NCBI GenBank assembly: GCA_963735435.1
Contig: CAVTKR010000005.1
Coordinates: 674,319-738,318 of the forward strand
Direction: 5' to 3'
DNA from: an uncultured Solirubrobacteraceae bacterium
GTDB taxonomy: Bacteria > Actinomycetota > Thermoleophilia > Solirubrobacterales > Solirubrobacteraceae
Length of the DNA stretch: 64,000 bases
Below the pieces are notes generated by a model, which saw only the letters and a list, made by a program, of their open reading frames with translations, ran no database searches and was not told the DNA's origin. Made by a program: the position numbers and the translations under genes. Positions 36,379-44,811 of this stretch are shown piece after piece; position 1 is the first letter of the stretch; every line of letters starts with the position of its first letter.

Positions 36379-37588
36379 CGGCCAGCGCCGTCTCGTAGAC
36401 CTCCTCGGTCTGGGCCGCGATCGTCCTCCACGAATAGCGCTCGTCGGCGAGCCGCGCACCGGCCTCGCCGCGGCGCAGGCACTCCTGCGGCCCGGCCTCG
36501 ATCGCCGCTGAGAGCGCGTCGGTGAGCGAGGACGCGTCGGGCCGGGCGCAGACCCAGCCCGTCTCGCCGTCGATAACCGCCTCGGCCATGCCTCCGACGG
36601 GGTAGACGACGACCGGGCGCCGGAAGCCGTAGGCGAGCAGCAGCACCCCGCTCTGGCTGGCCACCCGGTAGGGCAGCGCGACGGTGTCCGACGCGGCGAA
36701 CAGCTCTGCCGCCTCGGACATCTCGAGGAAGCCCTCGCGGATCGTGATCCGCCCGGCGAGCGCCGGATCGGCCAGCGCCTCGCGGTTCTCCGCGAGAGCG
36801 CCCGCCTCCTGGCCGCCGATCAGCAGGTGCAGCCGCGGCAGTGCTCGCATTGCGACCAGCAGGTCGCCGAGGCCCTTGTCGGTCCGCAGCTGCCCGAACA
36901 TCAGCGTCACGTGGGCGTCCTCACCGGCCCCGATCGCGGCGCGCGCGGCGACGCGATCGGCCTCGCCGCCGGTGCGCGCCAGGCCGCCGTACTCGCCGTG
37001 CGGGATCACGACGGTGTGCCGGGCGATGTTCGCCGGGAGCCGCTCGAGGTCGGCGGCGGTGTGGACGATCGTCCGCGCGGTCATCGCGCCCTGCAGCCTG
37101 CGGGTCGCGGTCCGGAGCCGCCGCGCACGGCTGGTGCGCTCGAACGTGCCGTGAGCGGTCTGCACGATCGGCCGCCCGGCGAGCTTCAGCACCGACAGCG
37201 CAGGGACGCCGAGCTGCGGTATCTCCCACCCCTGGCTGTGCACGATCTGGCTGTGCCGTGCGAGCACCAGCAGGCGCGGCAGCGAGAACAGGAACAGGAG
37301 CCCGTTCAACGGCCTTTTGAGTCGCCAGGACGCGAGCCGGTCGCCGAGCCGCGTGCCGACGCGAACGTAGTGGAAGACGCCGCTCGGCGTGACGCCCTCG
37401 ACAGGCTCGTAGAGGTGGTCGTCGGCGGTCGCCAGGTCGATCCGCCAGCCGCGCGCGGCCAGCGCCCGTACGAGCGCACCGGTGTAGTCGGCGACACCGC
37501 CCCGACCGCCCTGCTCGATCATCAGCAGCCTGCGCTGCTGCGCTTGGTCGGGAGGGAGGGCTGGGCCGGCGCTCCGTATCCGCCTCAT
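36371..37588 (-). CDS. Glycosyltransferase family 4-like (GT-B)
   Basis: GGRGGVADYTGALVRALAARG N-terminal region and a GT-B C-terminal half. ATGA overlap with the upstream GT at 37585-37588. Confidence 0.75.
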   Translation of the reverse strand: MRRIRSAGPALPPDQAQQRRLLMIEQGGRGGVADYTGALVRALAARGWRIDLATADDHLYEPVEGVTPSGVFHYVRVGTRLGDRLASWRLKRPLNGLLFLFSLPRLLVLARHSQIVHSQGWEIPQLGVPALSVLKLAGRPIVQTAHGTFERTSRARRLRTATRRLQGAMTARTIVHTAADLERLPANIARHTVVIPHGEYGGLARTGGEADRVAARAAIGAGEDAHVTLMFGQLRTDKGLGDLLVAMRALPRLHLLIGGQEAGALAENREALADPALAGRITIREGFLEMSEAAELFAASDTVALPYRVASQSGVLLLAYGFRRPVVVYPVGGMAEAVIDGETGWVCARPDASSLTDALSAAIEAGPQECLRRGEAGARLADERYSWRTIAAQTEEVYETALADG

Positions 37589-38742
37589 GCGCCGCTGACG
37601 GCTCGCTGTTGCGCGGGAGCGCTCTTGGCGATCGCCTCGTCGAACAGGCCCTCGATCAGCTCAGCGACGACGGGCGCAGCGTACTTGCTCTCCGCGTGAG
37701 CCCGGGCCGCCGCCCCCTCGCGCTCGGCGCGGCCGGGATCGTCCAGGTAGCGCACGAGCAGCGCGCGCAGGGACTCCGGGTCGTTCTCGGGGCTCGCGAT
37801 CCCGCCGATGTCCGGCGAGATCATGTCCGAGACGCCCTCCGCGCCGGTCGAGAGGCATGGACGGCTCGCGAGCATGCCGAGGATCACGGCGCGCGGGGCG
37901 CCCTCGGTCGGGCTGGGACAGAACACCGACACGTCGAAGGCGGAGAGCACGTCGGGCACCTCGCGACCAGGCGTCGGGATGAAGTGCGCCCGGTCTCCGA
38001 GCGGCACGGCAAGCTCGCGCAGTTCGGCTTCGGTTTCGCCGTCGCCGCAGAGCAGCAGGTGCGCGTGCGGGTCGTCCAACGCGATCACCGCGCGAACGAC
38101 GACGTCGTTGCGCTTCTTGTGGTGGAAGCGGGAGATGCAACCCACCACGAAGGCGTCCTGCGGAATCCCCAGCTCGGCGCGGACGCGCGTGCGCCCCTCT
38201 GGGCTGAAGCGGATCTCGTCGGTTCGCAGGACGTTCGGCACGACGATCACCTTCGCCGGATCGACGCCCACTTCGGTGACCGAGCGCTTCGTGCCCTCAG
38301 ACACCGCCATCACGAGCGGCACAGGCTCGGCGGCGCGCAGATAGGCGCGGCGCGGCAGCCCCTTGCGCAGCGGATAGGGGACCGGCCCCCACTCCGACCA
38401 CACGACGGTACGGCTGAGCTCTGCCGGCAGCCCGCGCGCCATCAGCTGCTCCTTCTTGTAGTGGACGAGCAGCACGTCGTAGGGCGCCTCGGCCTCGAGC
38501 GCCGCACGCAGCCGCCCGAGCAGCCCGCGCCAGCGCAGCAGCAGGCTCGGCCAGCTGCCCGTCGAGAGCTTCGGTCCGATATCGAGGGAGCGGACGGTGA
38601 CGCCGGTGTCGCGCCCGATCCCGGGTTGATCGGTGAGCATCACGGTCTCGTTGCCGCGCTGACGCAGCGCCTCGAGCATCTCGAGCGCGGCGAACTCCGC
38701 GCCGCCGCTCGAATCGGTCGTCATAACGCTCACGATCTTCAT
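37585..38742 (-). CDS. Glycosyltransferase family 4 (GT-B)
   Basis: MKIVSVMTTDSSGGAEFAALEML N-terminus (ATG 38742) and a GT-B C-terminal half. Confidence 0.8.
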   Translation of the reverse strand: MKIVSVMTTDSSGGAEFAALEMLEALRQRGNETVMLTDQPGIGRDTGVTVRSLDIGPKLSTGSWPSLLLRWRGLLGRLRAALEAEAPYDVLLVHYKKEQLMARGLPAELSRTVVWSEWGPVPYPLRKGLPRRAYLRAAEPVPLVMAVSEGTKRSVTEVGVDPAKVIVVPNVLRTDEIRFSPEGRTRVRAELGIPQDAFVVGCISRFHHKKRNDVVVRAVIALDDPHAHLLLCGDGETEAELRELAVPLGDRAHFIPTPGREVPDVLSAFDVSVFCPSPTEGAPRAVILGMLASRPCLSTGAEGVSDMISPDIGGIASPENDPESLRALLVRYLDDPGRAEREGAAARAHAESKYAAPVVAELIEGLFDEAIAKSAPAQQRAVSGA

Positions 38743-38837
38743 TGCCGGCCCCATTATCCAAGGCGCCCGGGACGACTCCGGTTCTGGACGAGTCTCTCAC
38801 GCACGCTTTAGGCCACACACATAAGCTCCCCCGCGCG

Positions 38838-39974
38838 ATGCGCGCCCTCCTCGTCGACGAAGGACGTGACCGGGCGACCCTCGTCGCTGTCAGAGCCCTT
38901 ACCGCTGCGGGCTTCCAGGTGGGTACGGGCGGGCCGCCGCAGAGCTTCGCGAGCATGTCGCGGTACGCAGGCACTCATCATCTCATCAGGGAATGCTCAG
39001 AGGACGAGGACGGCTTCGTGGCCGACGTCGCACGGGCGGTGAGCGAGAGGGGCTATGACATCGTGTTCTGCTCCTACGAAGGCGGGCTGCTGACGCTCTC
39101 GCGCCGCCGCGAGGAGATCGCCCCGGCGGTCTGGCCCTACCCCCCCTACGAGGTCGTGCGGCGCACCTTCGACAAGCTCGACCTGTTCGGAGCCGCGACA
39201 GCGGCCGGAGTGTTGACGCCGTACACCGTCCCGGCTGACGAGGGCTCGCTGGCCCAGTGGTCGGGGCCCGTTGTCGTGAAGGCCCGCAATCACGTACCGC
39301 ACCGATTTGAAACGGCCGTGTTCGAGAGTCCCGTGCAGGCGCGCGCGCTGGTCGAGCAGACGCTCGCCGAAGGGGGCGAACCCCTCCTCCAGACACCGCT
39401 GAGCGGGAAGATGGGCGCCGCCGTCGTGGTGGTGGGCCGCGACGGAACGATGCTCGTCGAGCTCCATCAGGTGGCCGACCGGACCTGGCCCCCCGGCGCG
39501 GGCGACACGGTGCTCGGCCGCGTCATCGCAACCGAGGTGGAGCTTTCCGAGGCCGCCGCTCGCCTCGCCCGCGAGCTCGGCTGGACCGGGCTCGCCCAGA
39601 TCGAGCTGTTCCGCGATGAGCAGGGTCGACCGTGGATCACAGATTTCAACGGCCGCTTCTACGGCTCGATGGCGCTCGCCGTGCGGGCGGGCGTCAACGT
39701 TCCAGCGATCTGGGCCCGCGATGCGCTCGGACTCGATCCGTGGAACGGCTCCAGGCCGTCCTCGGCGCGAGTCGGGGCGCGCTTCCAGTGGTTGAACCGC
39801 GACATCCGGGCCGGCTGGGCCGGCGGCCCAGGCACGCTGCTCGACGCAGTCGCAGCGGCGCCCGTCGCGGCCCACTCGATGTGGGAGCCGGCGGACCCGA
39901 TGCCGGTGTTTCGCTACCTGGTCCCCGAGGCGGGGCGCAGATTGCGCCGCCGCGTCCAGCCTGACGCCGACTGA
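38838..39974 (+). CDS. ATP-grasp domain protein (carboxylate-amine ligase type)
   Basis: ATG 38838 (MRALLVDEGRDRATLVAVRAL...). PreATP-grasp plus ATP-grasp layout with VVKARNH..., LLQTPLSG, and the Mg-binding region GLAQIELFRDEQGRPWITDFNGRFYGS. Confidence 0.7.
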   Translation: MRALLVDEGRDRATLVAVRALTAAGFQVGTGGPPQSFASMSRYAGTHHLIRECSEDEDGFVADVARAVSERGYDIVFCSYEGGLLTLSRRREEIAPAVWPYPPYEVVRRTFDKLDLFGAATAAGVLTPYTVPADEGSLAQWSGPVVVKARNHVPHRFETAVFESPVQARALVEQTLAEGGEPLLQTPLSGKMGAAVVVVGRDGTMLVELHQVADRTWPPGAGDTVLGRVIATEVELSEAAARLARELGWTGLAQIELFRDEQGRPWITDFNGRFYGSMALAVRAGVNVPAIWARDALGLDPWNGSRPSSARVGARFQWLNRDIRAGWAGGPGTLLDAVAAAPVAAHSMWEPADPMPVFRYLVPEAGRRLRRRVQPDAD

Positions 39975-40094
39975 GCACGCGCGGCCTGGAGGCGGCGCCA
40001 CGACATCGCGGGGTGCTCACCGAGCATCGGCAGGCGGCCCGCAGACGGCCACTGCCCCTAAAGGTCTCGCCGCACGGCGACGAAAACGAACACA

Positions 40095-41141
40095 GTGATG
40101 AGCTCGACGCCGATCGTCGTCCAGTATCTGTACGTCCACGAGCCCGAGGAGGGCTTCTCCTACCCCACCGCGCGCGCGGCGAACTCCGCCGCCCTCCTCG
40201 CCCAGCGTTACCTGGAGTGCGCGCTCACACAGGTCGCCTCGCTCGCCCTTCAGGACGCCGATTGCGAGCTCGTGCTCGCCACGAACATCACCGAGCGCTC
40301 ACTCGTCGGGCGCCGCGGCGCGACCCTGCTCGAGCACATCGAGAAGCTGGGCGCACGCGTCGTGCACACCCCGTACACGCACCGGCCTCGCGAGGGCACC
40401 GAGATCTACGTCTCCTCGCGCTACGTGCTCGACGCGATCATGACCGCGTCGGAGGGGCTCGACCCGGCGCGCCGGCTGTGGCTGACCGACCTCGACTGCG
40501 TCTGGGCCGACCCCGGCGCCGTCTTCGCGGCGGCCGCTCCCGAGAACGCGGTCGGCTGCGTCTTCATCGACTACCCCCCGGATTGGGACACGGTCCTCTT
40601 CGACGTCCACGGGCGCACGCGCAACGACATCGGCAGGTTGGCGGGGGAGTTGGGCGCCGACGTGCAGACCCCACCCTGGGTCGGCGGAGAGCTCCTGACC
40701 GGAACGGCGGCCTCGCTGCGGGATCTCGTCTCGACATGCGAGCGCCTGGACGCGCAGCTCGCCGCCAAAGAGGTGTGGCTGCCCACCGAGGAGCAGATCC
40801 TCTCACTCGCGGGCGCGCTCGGCATGATCCCGTTCGTGGATCTCTCGGCGGTCGCGCGGCGCATCACGACGGGCAAGCGCAGCCAGGCGACCCCCGTCCC
40901 GGATGCGGCGTCGCTCGGCCTGTGGCACCTGCCGTCGGAGAAGGGCCTCAGCATGCGCCGCACAGCAGGGCAGATCGTGCGCGGGCACACGAGCGCGCTC
41001 CGCGCCGACCTTGCAGACCGGCAGCGGCGCGCCCGCCGCTTCAACGTAGCCGGTGCCGGAGCGCTGCGCCAGGTGCGCGACGACGGCTGGATCGTCACTC
41101 AGCGACTGCGCAGCATGGGACCCCGGCTCGCCGGGTCCTGA
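40095..41141 (+). CDS. Hypothetical protein (possible GT-A-like nucleotide-sugar transferase)
   Basis: High-GC3 348-aa ORF of normal composition. LWLTDLDCVW contains a DxD-like motif. No confident family assignment from sequence alone. Confidence 0.5.
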   Translation: MMSSTPIVVQYLYVHEPEEGFSYPTARAANSAALLAQRYLECALTQVASLALQDADCELVLATNITERSLVGRRGATLLEHIEKLGARVVHTPYTHRPREGTEIYVSSRYVLDAIMTASEGLDPARRLWLTDLDCVWADPGAVFAAAAPENAVGCVFIDYPPDWDTVLFDVHGRTRNDIGRLAGELGADVQTPPWVGGELLTGTAASLRDLVSTCERLDAQLAAKEVWLPTEEQILSLAGALGMIPFVDLSAVARRITTGKRSQATPVPDAASLGLWHLPSEKGLSMRRTAGQIVRGHTSALRADLADRQRRARRFNVAGAGALRQVRDDGWIVTQRLRSMGPRLAGS

Positions 41142-41162
41142 CGACTCGCCTCCGACAGCGGC

Positions 41163-41606
41163 TCAGGTAGTGCGGATGATCAGCACCGAGCAGGGCGCGT
41201 GATGGGACACCTTGTTCGGCACCGAGCCGAGCAGGAACCGCTTCGCGCCGGTCATGCCCTTGTTGCCGACGACGATCAGGTCGGCCTCCTGCTCCTCGGC
41301 GACATCGAGGATCGCGTCTGCAGGGTCGCCTTGGCGCGCGTAGATGGTGACCTCGACGCCCGCCGAGCTGGCCACCTCGGCGGCAGCCTCGAGCGTCGCA
41401 TCGACGTCCTCGCGCGGGTTGATCGTCCACTGGAGATCCTCGGGCGCCTGGCGGCGTTCCTCGGACAGGCGCTGCGAGGAGACAGGCTCGTAGGCGCTGA
41501 CGAGCTCCACCTTGGCGCCGACGGCTTTCGCCAGGTCGACCGCCTGGCGCACGGCCTGTCCGGCCGTGTCCGAGCCATCGGTCCCCACCACGATCGATTT
41601 GAACAT
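41163..41606 (-). CDS. Universal stress protein (UspA family)
   Basis: MFKSIVVGTDGSDTA...LIVVGNKGMTGAKRFLLGSVPNKVSHHAPCSVLII shows the canonical USP ATP-binding motif G-2x-G-9x-G(S/T). Confidence 0.9.
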   Translation of the reverse strand: MFKSIVVGTDGSDTAGQAVRQAVDLAKAVGAKVELVSAYEPVSSQRLSEERRQAPEDLQWTINPREDVDATLEAAAEVASSAGVEVTIYARQGDPADAILDVAEEQEADLIVVGNKGMTGAKRFLLGSVPNKVSHHAPCSVLIIRTT

Positions 41607-41667
41607 CCCGACCTCCTCGCCGCGTCGCCTCGCGGTCCGATGCCGCCTGCGGCGCGATCATACCCGG

Positions 41668-42837
41668 ATGGCACACGCTGAAGTCATCGACGATCTCGCC
41701 GCGGCGGCGGCGCTGGCGGGTGCGTGGGACGAGCTCGCGCAGGAAGCCTCGCTGCCCTTGTGCGCCCCTGGCTGGATGCTCTCGTGGTGGCGCCACATGG
41801 CCCCGGAGGGAAGCGAGCTTCGGATCATCGCGGTGCACGACGGCGAGACACTCGTGGCGCTGGCACCGTGGTTCGCGGGCCCCGGACCGCGGGGGCGCGT
41901 CGACGTGCGGTTCCTGGGCGCGCAGATCTCCGATCGCGTGGATGTCCTCTGCCGTCCCGGGCGCGAGCGCGAGGCCGCGGGTGCGATCCGGCGCGCGATC
42001 GGATCGGTGCGCCCGCGGCCGGACCTGATCGCCTTCGAGGCCGTCCCCGGGTCCTCCCGCTGGACGCGGCGCCTCGCTTCGGGCGCGGCGGGCCGTGCAC
42101 GGCTCTCCCGGTATCGGAACTCGGTGCTGCCGGCACCGACCGTCACGCTGCCGCAAGAGGGGGGCTTCGAGGGCTGGATGGCAAGCCGCTCCTCGAACTT
42201 CCGCTCGCAGATGCGTCGCATGCGGCGGAAACTCGAGTCCGGTGGAGGGGCTGTGCGGATGCTGCGTGAGCCGGCCGAGGTCCGCTCCGGCCTGGCGGCA
42301 CTGCTCGCGCTTCATCTCGACCGTTGGAGCGAGCGCGGCGAGTCAGGCCTCGCGCGCCAGGGTGTCCCGGAGCTGCTCGCGGACGCCGCGGCGGCGCTCG
42401 GTCCAGAGCGCCTGCGGCTCTGGGTGGCCGAGCTCGACGGCGAGCCGATCTCGGTTCAGCTGTTCATCGCCGCCGGCAGCGAGATCAAGTACTGGAACGG
42501 CGGCTGGGCGGAGGCGCACGCCGCGCTCAAGCCCTCGATGCTCACGATCCTCGCGGCGATCGAGGACGCGATCGGCCGTGGAGAGGAGCGGATGGACCTC
42601 GGCGTCGGGACCCACGAGTACAAGCTGCGCTTCGCCGACGGCGAGGACCCGATCACCTGGGGCGGGGTGATCGCCCGCAACCACCGCTGGCCTGCGACGC
42701 GCGCGGAGCTCGCGCCGATCGTGCTGCGCTACCGCGCCAAGCGCGCTGTGGAGGCGCTGCCGGAGCCGGTCACCGATCGGGTCGCCGCGGTTGTGAGGCG
42801 GCGGCGGGGGGCTGAGCCCCCTGCTCATTCGCCGTAG
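41668..42837 (+). CDS. GNAT-fold acyl/aminoacyl transferase, CelD/BcsL/FemAB-like (Acetyltransf_6 type)
   Basis: ATG 41668. N-terminal WDELAQEASLPLCAPGWMLSWW and C-terminal ISVQLFIAAGSEIKYWNGGWAEAHAALKPSMLTILAAIEDAI..G..RMDLGVG...YKLRFA are typical of this family. Confidence 0.7.
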   Translation: MAHAEVIDDLAAAAALAGAWDELAQEASLPLCAPGWMLSWWRHMAPEGSELRIIAVHDGETLVALAPWFAGPGPRGRVDVRFLGAQISDRVDVLCRPGREREAAGAIRRAIGSVRPRPDLIAFEAVPGSSRWTRRLASGAAGRARLSRYRNSVLPAPTVTLPQEGGFEGWMASRSSNFRSQMRRMRRKLESGGGAVRMLREPAEVRSGLAALLALHLDRWSERGESGLARQGVPELLADAAAALGPERLRLWVAELDGEPISVQLFIAAGSEIKYWNGGWAEAHAALKPSMLTILAAIEDAIGRGEERMDLGVGTHEYKLRFADGEDPITWGGVIARNHRWPATRAELAPIVLRYRAKRAVEALPEPVTDRVAAVVRRRRGAEPPAHSP

Positions 42838-44795
42838 ACGAGCGTCTCTTCCATCGTCCCCGGGCTGCACCAGAAGATCGAGCCCGAGACGGAGGCGAGG
42901 CGAGCGCCGGCGGCCAGGTTGTGCGCCTGCGTCATGCCCAGCCTCGGCAGGTGCTCCGCAGGCAGCACCGCGAACAGGAGCCGGTTGCCGGCCCGCAGGG
43001 ACGCGACGACCGAGATCTTCCCGCGCGCGACCTTCGACGAATGCAGGCGAATGTGACACGTGAAGCGATGGTTGGCGGACGCCTCGGCTCTGCATTGGCC
43101 GAGCTCGTGCCCGCCAGAGCGCGCGAGCAGTTGCACGCGGCCGGCAAGTGCCGGCATGGTGCTCATCACCAGCTCCTTGCCGTACACCATTGCGCGCGGG
43201 CGCGTGAGGTAGGTGGGGGTGGTGCCGGGTTTGCTCGTGGACGTCCCGGCGACGCCGCCTGAGCCGGTCGACCCCGGCGAGGGGGGGATTTCGATTGCAG
43301 GTGTCTCGACCGGGGGCGCCAGGATCACGACGGTCTGCGTGGCTTTGACGGACGGTTTCCCGGCGAGCTGAGCGGTCACCGTGACCGTCCCTCCTGCCGG
43401 CACGGCCGCCGGCGCCGTGAGGGTCGCGGAGTGCCCGGGTGCCGCCCCTCCGGCGATAGCGCCGCCACTGGTGCTCCATTGCACCGCTTCAGAGGTGTTG
43501 GTGGTTTCGGCGGTCAGCGTCCCCGCGGTCCCGGCGACCAGTGCCGAGGGCGCGCTCGTGATCGCGAGCGTCGGCGGTCCGGCGCCCACGGTCACCGAGA
43601 CTTTTCCTTCGACGGGGTTGCGCGGGAATTCGCTTTTCGTGTTCCGGGCCCAGAAGCCGAACGTGTCCGTCCCCGAGTAGCCCGGTGCAGGCGTGTAGGT
43701 GAGGTGTTCGCCGCTGCCGCTGAGCGTCCCGTGCGAGGGCTGGGTGTGCACTTCGTACTTCGCTTCGCTCGCGCTGACCCCGAAGGCCTTTGATTTCAGC
43801 GTGATCGAGACCGGGTGCCCGAACGGCGTTTCGACGGACTGCCCTTCGGCCACGAACCCCGGGATCACGGTCTTCGAGGACGCGTAGGCGACCGCGTTGA
43901 CCGGGTTGGCTTCGGTGATGAATTTTTCCGGGTTCACTTCCTCGCCCAGCCAGTATTCACCCGGGACGGCGTTCGAGGCGTCGACCCACTGCCACGCGAG
44001 GTTCTTGAGGTAGCGGTCGCGCCAGCCCGGGGAGATCCCCTCGGTCAAGCTGGTCGCGTTCGGCCGGTAGAGCTGGCAGAAGTCGCCGCGGATTTCGTCG
44101 TTGTAGACCGCGTTTTTGGGGCCTGTTTCTTCGAGCCGTTCGCTGTCCTCCAGACAGAACCCGACCTTCTGCGACGGAACGACTTCCTTCGCGCCGGGGG
44201 TGTTCGAGTTGTAGAGCCCGTACTTGGCGACGTGCTGCAGGTGCCAGTGGTGGTGGCCGTCGGCGTTGGCATAGACCATCGTGCCCGGGATCTTCGCCTG
44301 CGTGTGCTGGGGGTATTCGGGGGCGTTCGGTTCTTCTTCCTGTTCGGGCGTGCGCGTCATGAACAGGCGCTGTTCGACTTCCATCGGCGGCGTCGCGAGT
44401 TCTTCTTCCCATTTCTGGGGCAGCGGTTCGTTTTTTTCGCCCAGGCGTTTGGCTTCTTCTTCGACCTGCTGCTTGGTCTTGCCGTTGACTTTTCCTTCCG
44501 TCGCGCGGTGGCCGCGGACGTCGAGCGCGCCGTCGCCCTCGTTGTGCACGTAGCCGTTGAAACGCAGCAGCAGGCGTTTCGTACCTTCTTCGGCTTTGGT
44601 GGAGCCTTCGCTCGTCACCACCAGTTCCGGGGCCGTAGGAGCTTCGGAGACGAGATCGGGCAGCTGCGGAGATTCGCTCGCGCGGGCCGTCAGCGGCGAG
44701 GCCGGCACGAGCAGCACCGAAAGCGCGACGATCGGCCCGAGCAGCGCGACCCTGCGGGGGCCCCTTCCAAAGATCTGCGTCATCCGTGACACCAA
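42825..44795 (-). CDS. Secreted lysyl-oxidase-like (LOX catalytic domain) multidomain protein, paralogue A
   Basis: Signal peptide present. LOX-type motifs are LLLRFNGYVHNEG, DGHHHWHLQH (44241-44255), QKVGFCLEDS and GISPGWRDRY...AWQWVDASNAVPGEYW. These are followed by a cadherin/Ig-like domain (HGTLSGSGEHLTYTPAPGYSGTDTFGF), a Big_2-like domain and a 128-aa Cys-containing C-terminal domain. Start is TTG 44795 or ATG 44783. Confidence 0.85.
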   Translation of the reverse strand: MVSRMTQIFGRGPRRVALLGPIVALSVLLVPASPLTARASESPQLPDLVSEAPTAPELVVTSEGSTKAEEGTKRLLLRFNGYVHNEGDGALDVRGHRATEGKVNGKTKQQVEEEAKRLGEKNEPLPQKWEEELATPPMEVEQRLFMTRTPEQEEEPNAPEYPQHTQAKIPGTMVYANADGHHHWHLQHVAKYGLYNSNTPGAKEVVPSQKVGFCLEDSERLEETGPKNAVYNDEIRGDFCQLYRPNATSLTEGISPGWRDRYLKNLAWQWVDASNAVPGEYWLGEEVNPEKFITEANPVNAVAYASSKTVIPGFVAEGQSVETPFGHPVSITLKSKAFGVSASEAKYEVHTQPSHGTLSGSGEHLTYTPAPGYSGTDTFGFWARNTKSEFPRNPVEGKVSVTVGAGPPTLAITSAPSALVAGTAGTLTAETTNTSEAVQWSTSGGAIAGGAAPGHSATLTAPAAVPAGGTVTVTAQLAGKPSVKATQTVVILAPPVETPAIEIPPSPGSTGSGGVAGTSTSKPGTTPTYLTRPRAMVYGKELVMSTMPALAGRVQLLARSGGHELGQCRAEASANHRFTCHIRLHSSKVARGKISVVASLRAGNRLLFAVLPAEHLPRLGMTQAHNLAAGARLASVSGSIFWCSPGTMEETLVYGE

Positions 44796-44811
44796 GACAT
44801 CCTTTCCCTTC

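Noticed and set aside
40013-41170. 385-aa plus-strand ORF overlapping 40095..41141 in another frame
   Set aside because: It has Arg/Pro/Gly-rich composition. The 40095 frame has balanced composition and better GC3.
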